NCBI GenBank assembly: GCA_030704615.1
Contig: CM060733.1
Coordinates: 39,308,001-39,372,000, forward strand
DNA: 64,000 bases
Reading direction: 5' to 3'
DNA from: Takakia lepidozioides
Lineage: Eukaryota; Plantae; Bryophyta
In this document: one piece after another, positions 51,231 through 62,059 of the stretch
How positions within the stretch are numbered: position 1 is the first letter of the stretch
Layout: the number at the start of each line of letters is the position of its first letter
Notes under the pieces: model-generated
Told to the model about the DNA's origin: nothing
What the model saw: only the letters and a program-made list of their open reading frames with translations
Database searches by the model: none
Position numbers and translations under genes: made by a program

Positions 51231-52640
51231 CTATCCCAAGCAGTATGGACACAACCAATCTCCGTCAGGAACTTTCTCAAGAGGTGGTGTCAAGCATCCC
51301 ATATGCCAACCCCTTGAGCATCGATCACACACCAGCATGGTGGCTGCCCATTTGGCAGACCCACAGAGCATGCACCTCAAACCTGCAGGTACCACTGCCA
51401 AGTTTGGGTCAACTCTGCCATCGACATTGGGAAGGTGATATGGCGCACAATTACGCACATGATCCTTCCAAGTCATGCCATCCCGACCCTCCAAGATCAG
51501 GACCCCTGAGGGCAATACCTCTCGAACCCTCAGAATAACACGCCCTGCAATAACATCCAGAGTCGTAGGAGCAGTCTGCTGCAAATAAACATAGTCACCA
51601 GGGCTAAACCTCCCATGACGATATCATCCACCACGTATAGTGGCATATCTCAACGTATCACGGTGTTGTGCAATGGCAAGGTTCTCAAAAGCCATGGGCA
51701 TGACTTTCTTGAACAACTCTGCACGCTGATCACATGCACCTACCCACACGTCCGGATCGTCAAGGTTAAGGACTTGAGCAGTGTCCCTACGAATGGCTGC
51801 AGGCAAATCCGGCTTTCGGCCAAAGAGAAGGAAATATGGTGAGAAGAAGGCAAGTGATGCTTGTTTGCTGAACCTGTAGCCCATGGCTAACCAAAGAACT
51901 TGAAGATCTCAATCTCCTAGGTGTCCATTCTGCAAGCCATACTTGCACAAACCCCTCTTCACCGTCTGAACAACTCTCTCTGCTAAGCCATCGGCCTCAG
52001 GATGATCCCGAGAAGTGGTGCGGTGGTCTATCAAGGCTTTATCACACAAAGCCTGAAACTCCCCCAAAAACTCTCTCCCTTGGTCCGTGAGTACCTCAGC
52101 TGGAGCACCAAATCGGCTAAGCACACGATCCAAGAATGCATACGCAGCCCCCTCACTAGCCTTGTCAGGAAATGGAACCAACTCAATCCACTTGGAGAAG
52201 TGCTCCACCATCACCAACACATATCTGTGGTGGCGCATAGTCAGTGGCAACGGTCCTGCGAAGTCAAGACTCCACCTGTAGCCCAATCCCATGATTGGTA
52301 AAGGATGCAACTGTGGTGTAGGGGCGTTGAATGAAGCACGCACCCTGTCACACACCATGCACCTAGCCACGAACTGTTGCACCTCTGTATGCATACCACG
52401 CCACCAATACTGCCCCTGCAGTAAACTGTGAGTGCGTCGCACTCCAAAATGCCCCAACTCCTCATGGGCATGCCGCACTAACTGTGCACGCTGTGTGGGG
52501 TGAGGCACAATCCTCACCCGACCATCCTCCCACACTCGAAGTAGGTGTATCCCCTCCCACTTGAACCTCTTGGCTCGTTGCAGGATCCGATCCCTCTCCC
52601 TGGCAGTCACAATGGCTGTCGTGTCTCCCGTGCGAAGGTC
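51231..52640 (-). pseudogene. Retroelement integrase (HHCC zinc finger + rve core) with C-terminal PHD finger; two in-frame stops
   Basis: HEELGHFG..CMVC; WSLDFAGPL..VLTDQGREF..HPEADGLAERVVQT. PHD: CMLCGSAKWAATMLVCDRCSRGWHMGCLTPPLEKVPDGDWLCPYC. ORFs 51909-52610, 51624-51884 and 51231-51584 share one frame. Confidence 0.92.
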
Positions 52641-53194
52641 TGCTTGTCCGCCTCCTTGATTGGCAACTGGTGATATCCGGATTGTAAATCCAAAGTGCTA
52701 AAGGCCTTAGCATGCCCGATGGCATCAAAGATCTCCTCTGGTGTTGGCATGGCATACTTATCGGACTTGGTCTGACGATTTACAGGCCGGTAATCACCGC
52801 ACATACGTCTCTCCGTCCAATTGCCATAGACATCCTTCTTGGCTGGCATCACTGTGGCTGAAGCATACTCTCCACTAGAGAGCTCCACCAAACCTGCCTC
52901 CCAGAGATCTTGAGTCCTCATCTGAATCAAAGACCTCTCCATGTCACTGTATCTATAGGGTCTCCGAAAGATTGGCGTGTCAGTGGCCAACTCAATAAGG
53001 ATCTCTTGACCCTTCAGTGCTCCCAAGTCCTTCAAACTGAAGGCAAAGCAATTCTTGTAAGCCCTCAGGAACCGCCGTATACGTCGTCTCTCTCCTCCGG
53101 TGACAATGGGTCCAATGTCAGGCTCCCAATTGTCCTCCGTAACTGCAACCTTAAGTCCAGTGGGCTTAGAGGTAGAGGACGCGTCCCGTGGTTG
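52641..53194 (-). pseudogene. N-terminal part of gypsy reverse transcriptase, truncated before the YxDD motif
   Basis: PIFRRPYRYS..YASATVMPAKKD..RRMCGDYRPVN..DKYAMP..FSTLDLQSGYHQLPI, then an abrupt junction to pre-integrase sequence. Confidence 0.9.
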
Positions 53195-54445
53195 CTATGC
53201 TGCAACCTCTTGAGCAGTACTCCCTGCCTGCTCAGTCAATGACAAGACCTCATCCTGCCCCATCATCTCATCATTGAGGACCTCCTCAACCCGAGAAAAA
53301 TCCCCAACCTCATCTATCACAGCCGCCTTGGCTGCCAACTCTCTCTGAACCTCGAGCACCTCCCATGTGTGCCATGGATGCCTGCACCCCATGGTCCTCA
53401 CATGCTCGCCCCCACTCACTGCCTGTACCGTCTCGGTAGGCAGAAAGACCATCGAGGGAAGTGTACTCCGCACTCTGCGTTGCTCAGCCAGAGCCAAGCT
53501 GATAATCCAGGTCAAGCAATTGAGATCCATTGCTTGCCCCAACACTTGACGACGTGATGCCTCAGAAAGAAACGACACCGCCGTGGTATCAGTGGTAAAA
53601 CCCATTGTCCGCTCACGCTCGTTAGCATTAGGCTCCACTAACTGCTGCAACTGAGCATCCCACAGGAGGCCAGGTCCACTATCCCGGAAAGCATGCGATC
53701 CTGGGAAGCTGAGCAGTGTAGGTAATGCTGCTCGTGGTTGACCCACCTTGTTGACCACTGCCAAAGGCGAACGGTCATCGTGTCTCACACGCTGAGACTG
53801 CCTCCTTGTGTCCAGAATGTTATCCACTGTGAGATGTGCTGGCCGCTGCACCCCTTCAAATGCACGCTTGAGCAGTGCGGGTGGCATCAAGTTAGTCCAC
53901 CACAGCCGTGGACGATGAGCCCGTGACCCCATTGTAGCTGCATCTAGCAACACTGCTGATCCAAGCCACGACCGGACTTGATGCACACTGGCCATCACCC
54001 TGGCCCGAGAATCGCCCATCAGTGGCACATTCTCCAAGGTGTATGCTGGAGATACAGCTTGATGAAGCTGCAAGTGGCGCAAAACCCGCACCATCTCCCA
54101 AAACAGACCCGACCTCGAGTCTCGCAATCCATTGCCATGCCCGGCTGATGAATGCCCTTGGCAGGGCCAACCTGCCACTACCAGATCAATGGAGCCAACC
54201 CGCTCCAAATCCTGCGCCCCCAGCAACGAAATGTCTGCTGGCAAGGCCTGCTGATATCCACGAATTGCAGACACCGACAACAACTCAGGGTACCGCTGCA
54301 CCAACTAAGCAACATGGCGAAGTGAAATGCGTCGTGCAGTCTCATCCCTCTCCACATATAGGTAACGCTGAACTCGTACACCTGCTTGTAACACAGCAGC
54401 CAATCCGGTGCTGATCCCGCCAAACAAGTCCAGAAGACAAATGCC
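53195..54445 (-). pseudogene. C5 cytosine DNA methyltransferase domain (DNMT3-like motif order) within the retroelement pol frame
   Basis: Motif I LDLFGGISTG and motif II YLYVERD (54445-54340); one TAG at 54305-54307; motif IV VAGWPCQGHS; motif VI LENV; motif VIII AHRPRLWWTN; motifs IX-X ERERTMGF..RRQVLGQAMD. Confidence 0.9.
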
Positions 54446-54446
54446 T

Positions 54447-55700
54447 CATGGCAGCGAGCCTCTGCTCTAGCTGCTGAAGCCGGGTGGCCATGCCTTGGTC
54501 AACACCCTGACCTCCGCGTCCTTGGCCACGTTGAGCTTGCCCTTGGCCTGCACCTCGTGGCTGGCCACCTCATCCTCTCTGGGCTGCTCCACCTCGCCCC
54601 CGGCCACCATTGTTCCCTTGGAACTGGCCTGGGCGCAACTCAGGATGCAAACCATAACACTGGGCCTCTCCATGCCCGTGCTTGCCACAATGCCCACACT
54701 GCAACTGTGCAGGCTGTGCATGTGCCGACCCTTTGCCTCCCTCTGGGCAATCCTTCTTGACATGGGGTCCTCCACATGTCCAGCACACCACATCCGCCCG
54801 TTGTTGGCCAGCAAATGAAGGGAGAGACCCCTGCATCTGAGGTCCTCTCTGCCCTTCCCTGAGCTTCACCTGAGCCCCCTTGTTGCCTTGAGCACGTTGA
54901 GGTAGTGGTTGGCTAGGAGCACCACTACCCCGTGGTGTCTCCTTAGCAAATCCCACCGTGACCACTCGTTCCTCCACCATGTTGAGCTCTATCCGCTCTG
55001 CCAGCAAAAATACATTTGCTAAGGTGGGTTGGGCCGCTTGTAGGAGAGTTGCATCCCGCACCCTTCTCCTCAGCTCCTTGTCCAATATCCCATACCAGAA
55101 TTGGACTGCCTGAGCTTCCGTAACCCCTTGGGTTACATTTATCAAGCGCCTCATGCGAGTGAAAGCCTCCCTCAAGCTCTCGGTTGGCTTCCGTTGGAAC
55201 TCTTGCAAGCTCCGCAACTTCTCTATCCTCACCCCTTGGTAGTTCCCTCTCAACTCTTCGAAGAACTCCACAACAGGGTTGAAGGCAGGCACGGGTGCTA
55301 GTGCTGGTGCGGTAGTGGCTTGGGTGGACGTCGTAGCTACTGTACCACCAGTCCCACTAGTTCCATTGCTACTTGCTGAAGCTGCCGGTGCAGCGGCAGG
55401 TGTAGCCACTGCCCTCGTGGCTCTAGTGCCCCTAGTGATGGAGACATAGTCGGGTGACCAGTACATCCTCCATTCCTCGATCTCAACCTCATGCCCCCGC
55501 CTGAACTCATGGTAATCATCCATAGGCGGCCCCTCAAGGTGCTGAAACAGCCCTTTCCATGCCATGAACGGCGTAAATAGTTGTGGATTGCGCATTTGCT
55601 GCAAATCACACCAACTATCAAACTCTTGGATAAACACTCCTATGGTTGGCTGGTCATCACCTCCAACCTCACCACAGGAGAAACAATGATGGTCTGGCTG
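54447..55700 (-). pseudogene. Retroelement Gag with two zinc knuckles and an RGG-rich tail
   Basis: Retrotrans_gag-like FFEELRGNY..LRSLQEFQRKPTESLREAFTRM; CWTCGGPHVKKDC; CGHCGKHGHGEAQC. After a TGA at 54570 the frame continues to LEQRLAAM. Confidence 0.85.
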
Positions 55701-56254
55701 GTCATCACCCCAGCCTCACCATCGACAGCATGCTCTAGGACTGGCCGGTGATCAAATCCGGACCAATCACCTATAAAAACAAGCGCCCACACAAAACTAG
55801 CATGGCGCACAGTCAAGCATGCAGGTATGGAGGGGATCCAAACACAAGAAATCAGAACGACAACTCCCCCACACCAAAAACAACTCCACGGTGTTGCTCC
55901 TGCAAGGACACCCCAGCCCAAACCCGGACTGACTCTTGCCTCCACCTACGGAAAGGTCTTGGCCTAATGAGAGGGTGGAAACTACGATGAAGAGAAGCTA
56001 AAGCAATGCCTAACCCCAGCATGCCCTCATCCCAACACTATTCCTCTCCTCTCTTCCCTCACTTGCATGACCATGGGAATATCATGAAGATACTCCTCAA
56101 ACCGCCCTCCACGAGCTTCAAAATTCGGCCTTCCAGACCACATGCCAGTCCTTAGGCAGTCCACCAGTGCCTCCACGAGTCAGCACAGGCCGTCCACAGG
56201 TCAACACGGGCCACCACAGACCAGCACAGGCCCACACAGCTCACTGGTCATAGC

Positions 56255-57020
56255 CGTCACAGTCCCACAGGCCACTGGGCACAGCCTGCCACAGCCCCGC
56301 ACAGCCCGTCACAGCCCCACAGGCCACTGGGCACAGCCTGTCACAGCCCCTCACAGCCCCAAAGGCCACGGGCACAGCCTGTCACAGCCCCACAGGCCTC
56401 AGGCACGGCCTGTCACAGCCCCTCACAGCCCCTCACAGCCCCTCATAGCCCCAAAGGCCTCAGGCACGGCCTGTCACATCCCCTCACAACTCGTCACAGC
56501 CTCAAAGGCCTCAGGCACGGCCTGTCACAGCCCCTCACAGCCCATCACAACCCCAAAGGCCATGGGCACAGCCTGTCACAACCCCTCACAGCCCCTCACA
56601 GCCCCAAAGGCCTCAGGCACGGCCTGTCACAGCCCCTCACAGCCCATCACAGCCCCAAAGGCCATGGGCACAGCCTGTCACAGCCCCTCACAGCCCGTCA
56701 CAGCCCCACAGGCCACTGGGCACAACCTGTCACAGCCCCGCACAGCCCGTCACAGCCCCACAGGTCTCAGGCACGGCCTGACACAGCCCCAAAGGCCTCA
56801 GGTGGCCCGTGGATGATATTGGAGATTATGTCGACACGTGACGACACTCTCAGCATGGACACGTGTCGTCACAGCCCCTCACAGCCCGTCACAGCCCCAA
56901 AGGCCTCAAGCACGGCCTGTCACAGCCCGTCACAGCCCCACGGGCCTCAGGCACGGCCTGTCACAGCCCCTCACAGCCCGTCACAGCCCCAAAGGCCTCA
57001 GGCACGGCCTGTCACAGCCC
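56255..57020. repeat. GC-rich minisatellite (tcacagcccc-based ~10-nt subunits in ~50-nt units) in the retroelement leader
   Basis: Repeats of gcacggcctgtcacagcccctcacagcccgtcacagccccaaaggcctcag, interrupted at ~56802-56868. Confidence 0.92.
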
Positions 57021-57489
57021 CATCCATGGCCGCTCTGGCAGTTTAGCCATTTCTCCAAGGGGTTTAGCCACGCCAAGCTAGGGTTTGTGTCTCTTGGACT
57101 CTAGGCTTCTTTCCACCGAGCTATGGCGGCTATGAGGAAATCAGCAAGGTATTCTTGCTCTTTCGGCTCCCACACACCACCATAGTAGCCCTAAGCCATG
57201 AGGTGGTTGCCACAAACCAAGCCTTCTTTCTCACTTAGCCTCCCCAAACACGCCACTAAACTCAATGGCAAACAACCAAGCCCTGCTGGTTCCCAGCCCT
57301 TGTGAGCACTCATTCAAGCACTCTCCTTAGCCATAGCGTCTGTCTTAGAGCCTATTCCAGCCCCCTACACCTGCTGCTTCAAGAGTTGCGCTCCCTTCAA
57401 GCTTGAAGTTGAAACCCCAACTCACATAGGCCCTACAAGTGCTTTTCTTTCACTCCAAGTGGAAACCAGCCCTAGACCTTCCGTTCTAG

Positions 57490-57900
57490 CTCTCTAAAGC
57501 TTGAAAACAAGAGCCTCAATGGGCTGAAGGCATGCTCCACACATGCCCCACTCTCACCATAAGAGAATCAGCTCCTTTGCTTCATTTCTTGCACCCACAA
57601 ACCTGAAAATACAAGCTTCAACAGGCTGAAAGCATGCTCCACATGCCCTATAGGGAAACCAGCCCCTTCCTTCCTTTCTTGCACTCCCACACCTGAAAGT
57701 GCAAGCCTTCACCAGGCTGATAGCATGCTCCACACATGCATTGCCCTCACATAAGGGAAGTCAGCCCTTCCCTCTTCCTTGCTTGCTCTCCAAGCTTGAA
57801 GATGGAAGCTTCAATGAGCTAAATACATGCTCTACACATGCAACCTCTTCACACAAGAGATATCAGCCCCCTATCTTGGCTCCTTGGTTCCTTGATGCTC
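57490..57900. repeat. About four degenerate ~100-bp tandem units in the retroelement leader
   Basis: Recurrent (c/t)tgaaa..aagc(c/t)tca..ggctga..gcatgctccacacatgc..cagcccc blocks. Confidence 0.7.
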
Positions 57901-60410
57901 TCTAAGACAAGACTAAGCACTCCACAGCCTTTGCCAAGCTCTTGAAACCCTAAGGCTTATATTTCCAGCCACAAGACACTTCTCTTGTGGTGCAAGAGCT
58001 CTTCTTCCAAGCTCTGAAACCCTAGGTGCATATTCCATGGCCTTGCCGCACCTCTTAGCTCATGTTCCAGCCCTGCTCTTGCCATGACAAGAGCCCTCTC
58101 AATGCTGAAGCTCGAGATTGAAATCCAATCTCACCATACTCCACAAAGTGCACTGATTTGCCCCAAGCCAAATCAGCCCTTTCGCTTGGTCTTGCAATCC
58201 TTCACACAATGAAAGCTCGCATTCCCAAGTCCAGTTCTCAGCTTTGCCACCAAAGCCACTATAACCTGCTCTTGACTGGTCTTCTTCCCAATCGTGCTTG
58301 CTCATGCATGTACACAATCTGAAACCATCAAGGTGCTCTGGAATTACCTGCAGTATGGTGCTTTCATCTCTGAAGCTGAAGATTGAATGCCAAGGTCTAC
58401 CACCTCGTAACCCACATCGCCTCCGCTTCTAACAACCAAGAGCTCCACGGTGCTCCTTGCATAACAACTTGGTTTCTCTCATTCTCAAGCAAAAACCACA
58501 AGTGCTACAACTAACTCGTATCTGGCACTCACAGATACAGGCTCATCTTTCTCGAGTGATAAAGAAGAAGAATACAAGCACGAGCTCACAAATCTGAAGC
58601 ATAAACTCATGCATATATAACCTCATCACTCAAATACAAGTCAAGCCAAGTGCACCCCACGCCATGGGGAATCCACACTACGGCGCCATAGCTAGGCGCG
58701 ATGAGGCTCAACTCGAGAAAGATGAGCCTTCCGCGCTTGCCGTGAAAATAACCACTCTAGGGCCTAAATCTGCCTTGACCCCTGGATTGACACTTGGGCC
58801 AATCCCAAATGTCAATATGTAAAAGCTAGCTATTTCCTAACTAGTTTCACACTAGTGGTAAAATAACTTGACACAGGCTTTCCAGACTTCCCTTGGAAAG
58901 CCCTCACACAGCCAACAATCTGGCGTGTGTAAGCTGCCCAACATTAGGCCCCAACAGGGCCAGGTCTTTAGGCTCAGCTAAATTTTGAAACTTGGTGAAA
59001 AGAGGTCGAGGGACTACTCTTAAAGGTCCTAGAGAGGGTTGCTCTTTGATGAAAAGACCCACACAATGTTATCTCACCTTCATTTCTTTCTGATTTTAGG
59101 GCCCAAAACAATCACAAGTTTTGACAGAAGTGCAAAAAGTTAATCGCTTACAGTTCCTTTCACCCATTTCAACAGCTTCAATCCAAGCAAGATTCTTCTA
59201 GATCAGGATCCAGAGCTTCTTCTTGTCTGACTTCCAGTTCAATTTCACAAAGATAATACTTGTAGAAAGGAGATTAGTCTTGGAAGTGATATCCATTGGG
59301 GGACATAGGCATATGCCACAACATTAACAAACTCTGGTAACAACTTGTTACTGCTTTTCAAGTGAAAATTAACAAACCATCCATGGCTTCCAGGCTGTCC
59401 TTTAAGGGTACAGACAAACAGAATATATAGCTTATAAGCTACAACTCATCCTCAAAGCAATCACTTCCTCCACCAGCTGCATTACTTCGGTGTATGAGAA
59501 ACTGAGTGAACATGTGACTTTCCTCTACTTACACAAGTTTGTCCAGTACATACAGCAACATGTTCGTGTGATCAATCATCAGATACTGTACTGAAATGTC
59601 ACCACAGTTGATCTCATCAGGACTCTAATGACAAGCTACTGTGAATTATGTAGAAAATCCCTCCTTCAGCCCTGCTAGTACTTTCCACGAAACTCCACAG
59701 AAGGCACCACATGAAAGATCCATGGATGCTTTTTCACTTTCTCTTTCTCTAACTAGCTCTGTCACTGATATATTCAAGCATTTCCACGAATCCCAAACCA
59801 GACTGGGACAAATCACAGACAGTACAAATGCAGTACAAACTCTGGATGTTTCCAAAACCGGTTATGTGTGTGTGTAAGTATATCCCAGAACGTTGGACAG
59901 TAAACAATCGTCCAAAGGGGCTTTATCAAGGCTTGCGGTACTTACTACTTACCAGGCTTCTTCTTCCCACAAATATCGTCTCACATTCACCGAAGTCTTA
60001 ATCGTGCGGTCCGGAAGTCGCCAGCCTGACTAGATGGATACTCCTTTAAGCAAATGGACTAACTTTTCACTGCAACGGTGCAGATGGAACGTTGAGAAAA
60101 TCTTGCGGCCACTATGGATTCACGAGGTTTCGTCTTTTCGTCCATTCATCCCTGGAGGTGCAGAGAGCAGAGAGATATAGAGAGAAGAGAGAGAGAGACA
60201 AGGGTGCAGTGCAGTGCAGTCGGCTATGGTGGCTGGGGCTGCTCAACTCTGCTGGCTTTGATCGATGTTAGGTACACAACTGTGCCTTGAGGTTGGAGCA
60301 ACAGGAACTTGAAGATTCTAACTGATCGTCCCCTTCAATCTACAGATCTTCCTTCAATCTAGATTACTGGGAGCAAACAATATATCTGTGCTCTGGGGTG
60401 GACACTGGCG

Positions 60411-61367
60411 ATGGCGGGAAGGGGAGCAGGTCCAGTGGGTCGCGCTTTCTCTCGGTTTTCTGGAATTCTACGAGAGAGGGTTGCCGACAGCTCTCAGTTG
60501 AGTGCAGGGGTTTCAGTGCTGGCTGCTAGGCAGCGGGATCGCAAGGGAAGCGTGGGAAGGGATGGGATGAGAGCGCTGGCTTTGCTTGGGGCAGGAGCCT
60601 CCGGGCTTCTAGGGCTGGCTGGGTTGGCCTACGCAGACGAAGCTGAACATGGGTTGCCGCCACCACATTATCCATGGTCGCATGAAGGCCCTTTCAGCTC
60701 CTATGACCATAATTCTATCAGAAGGGGTCATCAGGTTTACCAGCAGGTCTGTGCAGCTTGCCACAGCATGTCCCTAGTGGCCTTTCGAGATCTCATTGGT
60801 GTTGCTTACACGGAAGATGAGGTGAAAGCGATGGCAGCCGAAGTGGAGGTAGAAGACGGACCAAACGACGAAGGGGAGATGTATACGCGCCCTGGCAAGC
60901 CCAGTGACCCTTTTCAGAGTCCGTATCCAAACGAGGCCGCAGCACGTTTTGCTAATGGTGGTGCCTATCCTCCTGATCTGAGCCTAATGACTAAGGCCCG
61001 GCATGACGGGCAGAATTACGTGTTTGCTTTGCTGACTGGGTACCGCGAACCTCCTGCCGGCGTCTCAGTGAGAGAAGGATTGCACTACAATCCCTACTTT
61101 CCAGGGGGTGCAATTGCCATGCCGAAGATGCTCACCGATGGCGGAGTCGAGTATGAGGATCAAACTCCTCCCACAGAGTCTCAGATGGCAAAGGATGTCA
61201 CCACCTTCCTTGCATGGGCTGCGGAACCTGAGATGGACGAGCGCAAGCTCATCGGCGCAAAGTGGATCTTCGTGCTGACGCTGGTGTTGTTTCAGGCCGG
61301 CTACTACAAGCGATGGAAATGGTCGCCCATCAAGTCTCGAAAGCTGGTCTTAGATGTTGTCAACTAA
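60411..61367 (+). CDS. CYC1: Mitochondrial cytochrome c1 (complex III), intronless CDS
   Basis: Presequence; ADEAEHGL..YPWSH; heme motif QVCAACHS; PPDLSL; YNPYFPGGAIAMP; C-terminal TM helix and KWSPIKSRKLVLDVVN*. Confidence 0.97.
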   Translation: MAGRGAGPVGRAFSRFSGILRERVADSSQLSAGVSVLAARQRDRKGSVGRDGMRALALLGAGASGLLGLAGLAYADEAEHGLPPPHYPWSHEGPFSSYDHNSIRRGHQVYQQVCAACHSMSLVAFRDLIGVAYTEDEVKAMAAEVEVEDGPNDEGEMYTRPGKPSDPFQSPYPNEAAARFANGGAYPPDLSLMTKARHDGQNYVFALLTGYREPPAGVSVREGLHYNPYFPGGAIAMPKMLTDGGVEYEDQTPPTESQMAKDVTTFLAWAAEPEMDERKLIGAKWIFVLTLVLFQAGYYKRWKWSPIKSRKLVLDVVN

Positions 61368-62059
61368 GAATAGGCCCTCTCTGGCAGGTATGGATGGTAT
61401 AGTAGAAGGTTGGGCGGACAGCCATTTTTTGGTTACATGAGCCTTGGGTTCACAATTCAGTACCTAGTACTAGTTTCCTATTCTCCTTTTCTCAAGTATG
61501 GTAGAGGCATTTCCTAGCTAGCTGCACCCTAGTTTCTCCTGCAAATGTGAGGGACTCTAGCTTCTGCAGAGACTAGGCTGCTATGGGAGGGACCATGATA
61601 AGTTTGTTTATGTCAGAACTCTATCATGTCATGACGAGCAATTACACAGACAATAAAATGCCTAATCCAATTCTTTGCACCACTTCCGGTTTACTGAACT
61701 CAAGTAGCAAAATTTCAGTTACAGGGGTTTGGAGTGCTCATTGATGTGCCGATATTGCCCATACTTGAAGAGCATGAGAGTGGTTCCAGCACTGCTCCTT
61801 TTGCTCTATCGGTTGCAGGAGTTGCATGATAAATGTGAATTTGCTTGTGTGCAAGTACAATGAATCTTGTGTAGCTTGTATTGGTGGCACTGCTAGAAAC
61901 TATGAGTTTAATCTGGCGCTTCTCCACCATTCGCTTCGGATCATGGAGTGCCCGACTCTACACTTGTCGCACCTAAGCTAGGGTTATATTCCCCCATGCC
62001 AATCTGTTTCTCTCAAACCCTTGCTCCGCATTCGCATCCGCCATCGCCATCGCCATCTC

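Larger units (their letters stand above)
50783..58873 (-). mobile_element. Ty3/gypsy-type retroelement with gag, C5 DNA methyltransferase, partial RT, integrase and PHD finger; internally deleted
   Basis: TGTC...GACA termini, 4-bp TSD cagg (50779-50782 and 58874-58877), PPT-like aggggggcgat next to TG at 50970, gypsy domain order (RT before IN). Confidence 0.88.

Noticed and set aside
53195-54445. Bacterial restriction-modification methylase or contamination
   Set aside because: The domain is in frame with retroviral-type RT inside a TSD-bounded element inserted in a host repeat between intron-containing plant genes, and no cognate endonuclease is present.
56142-56816. 224-aa Pro/Ser/Thr/Ala-rich ORF
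   Set aside because: Translation of a minisatellite, antisense to the retroelement; no independent coding evidence.
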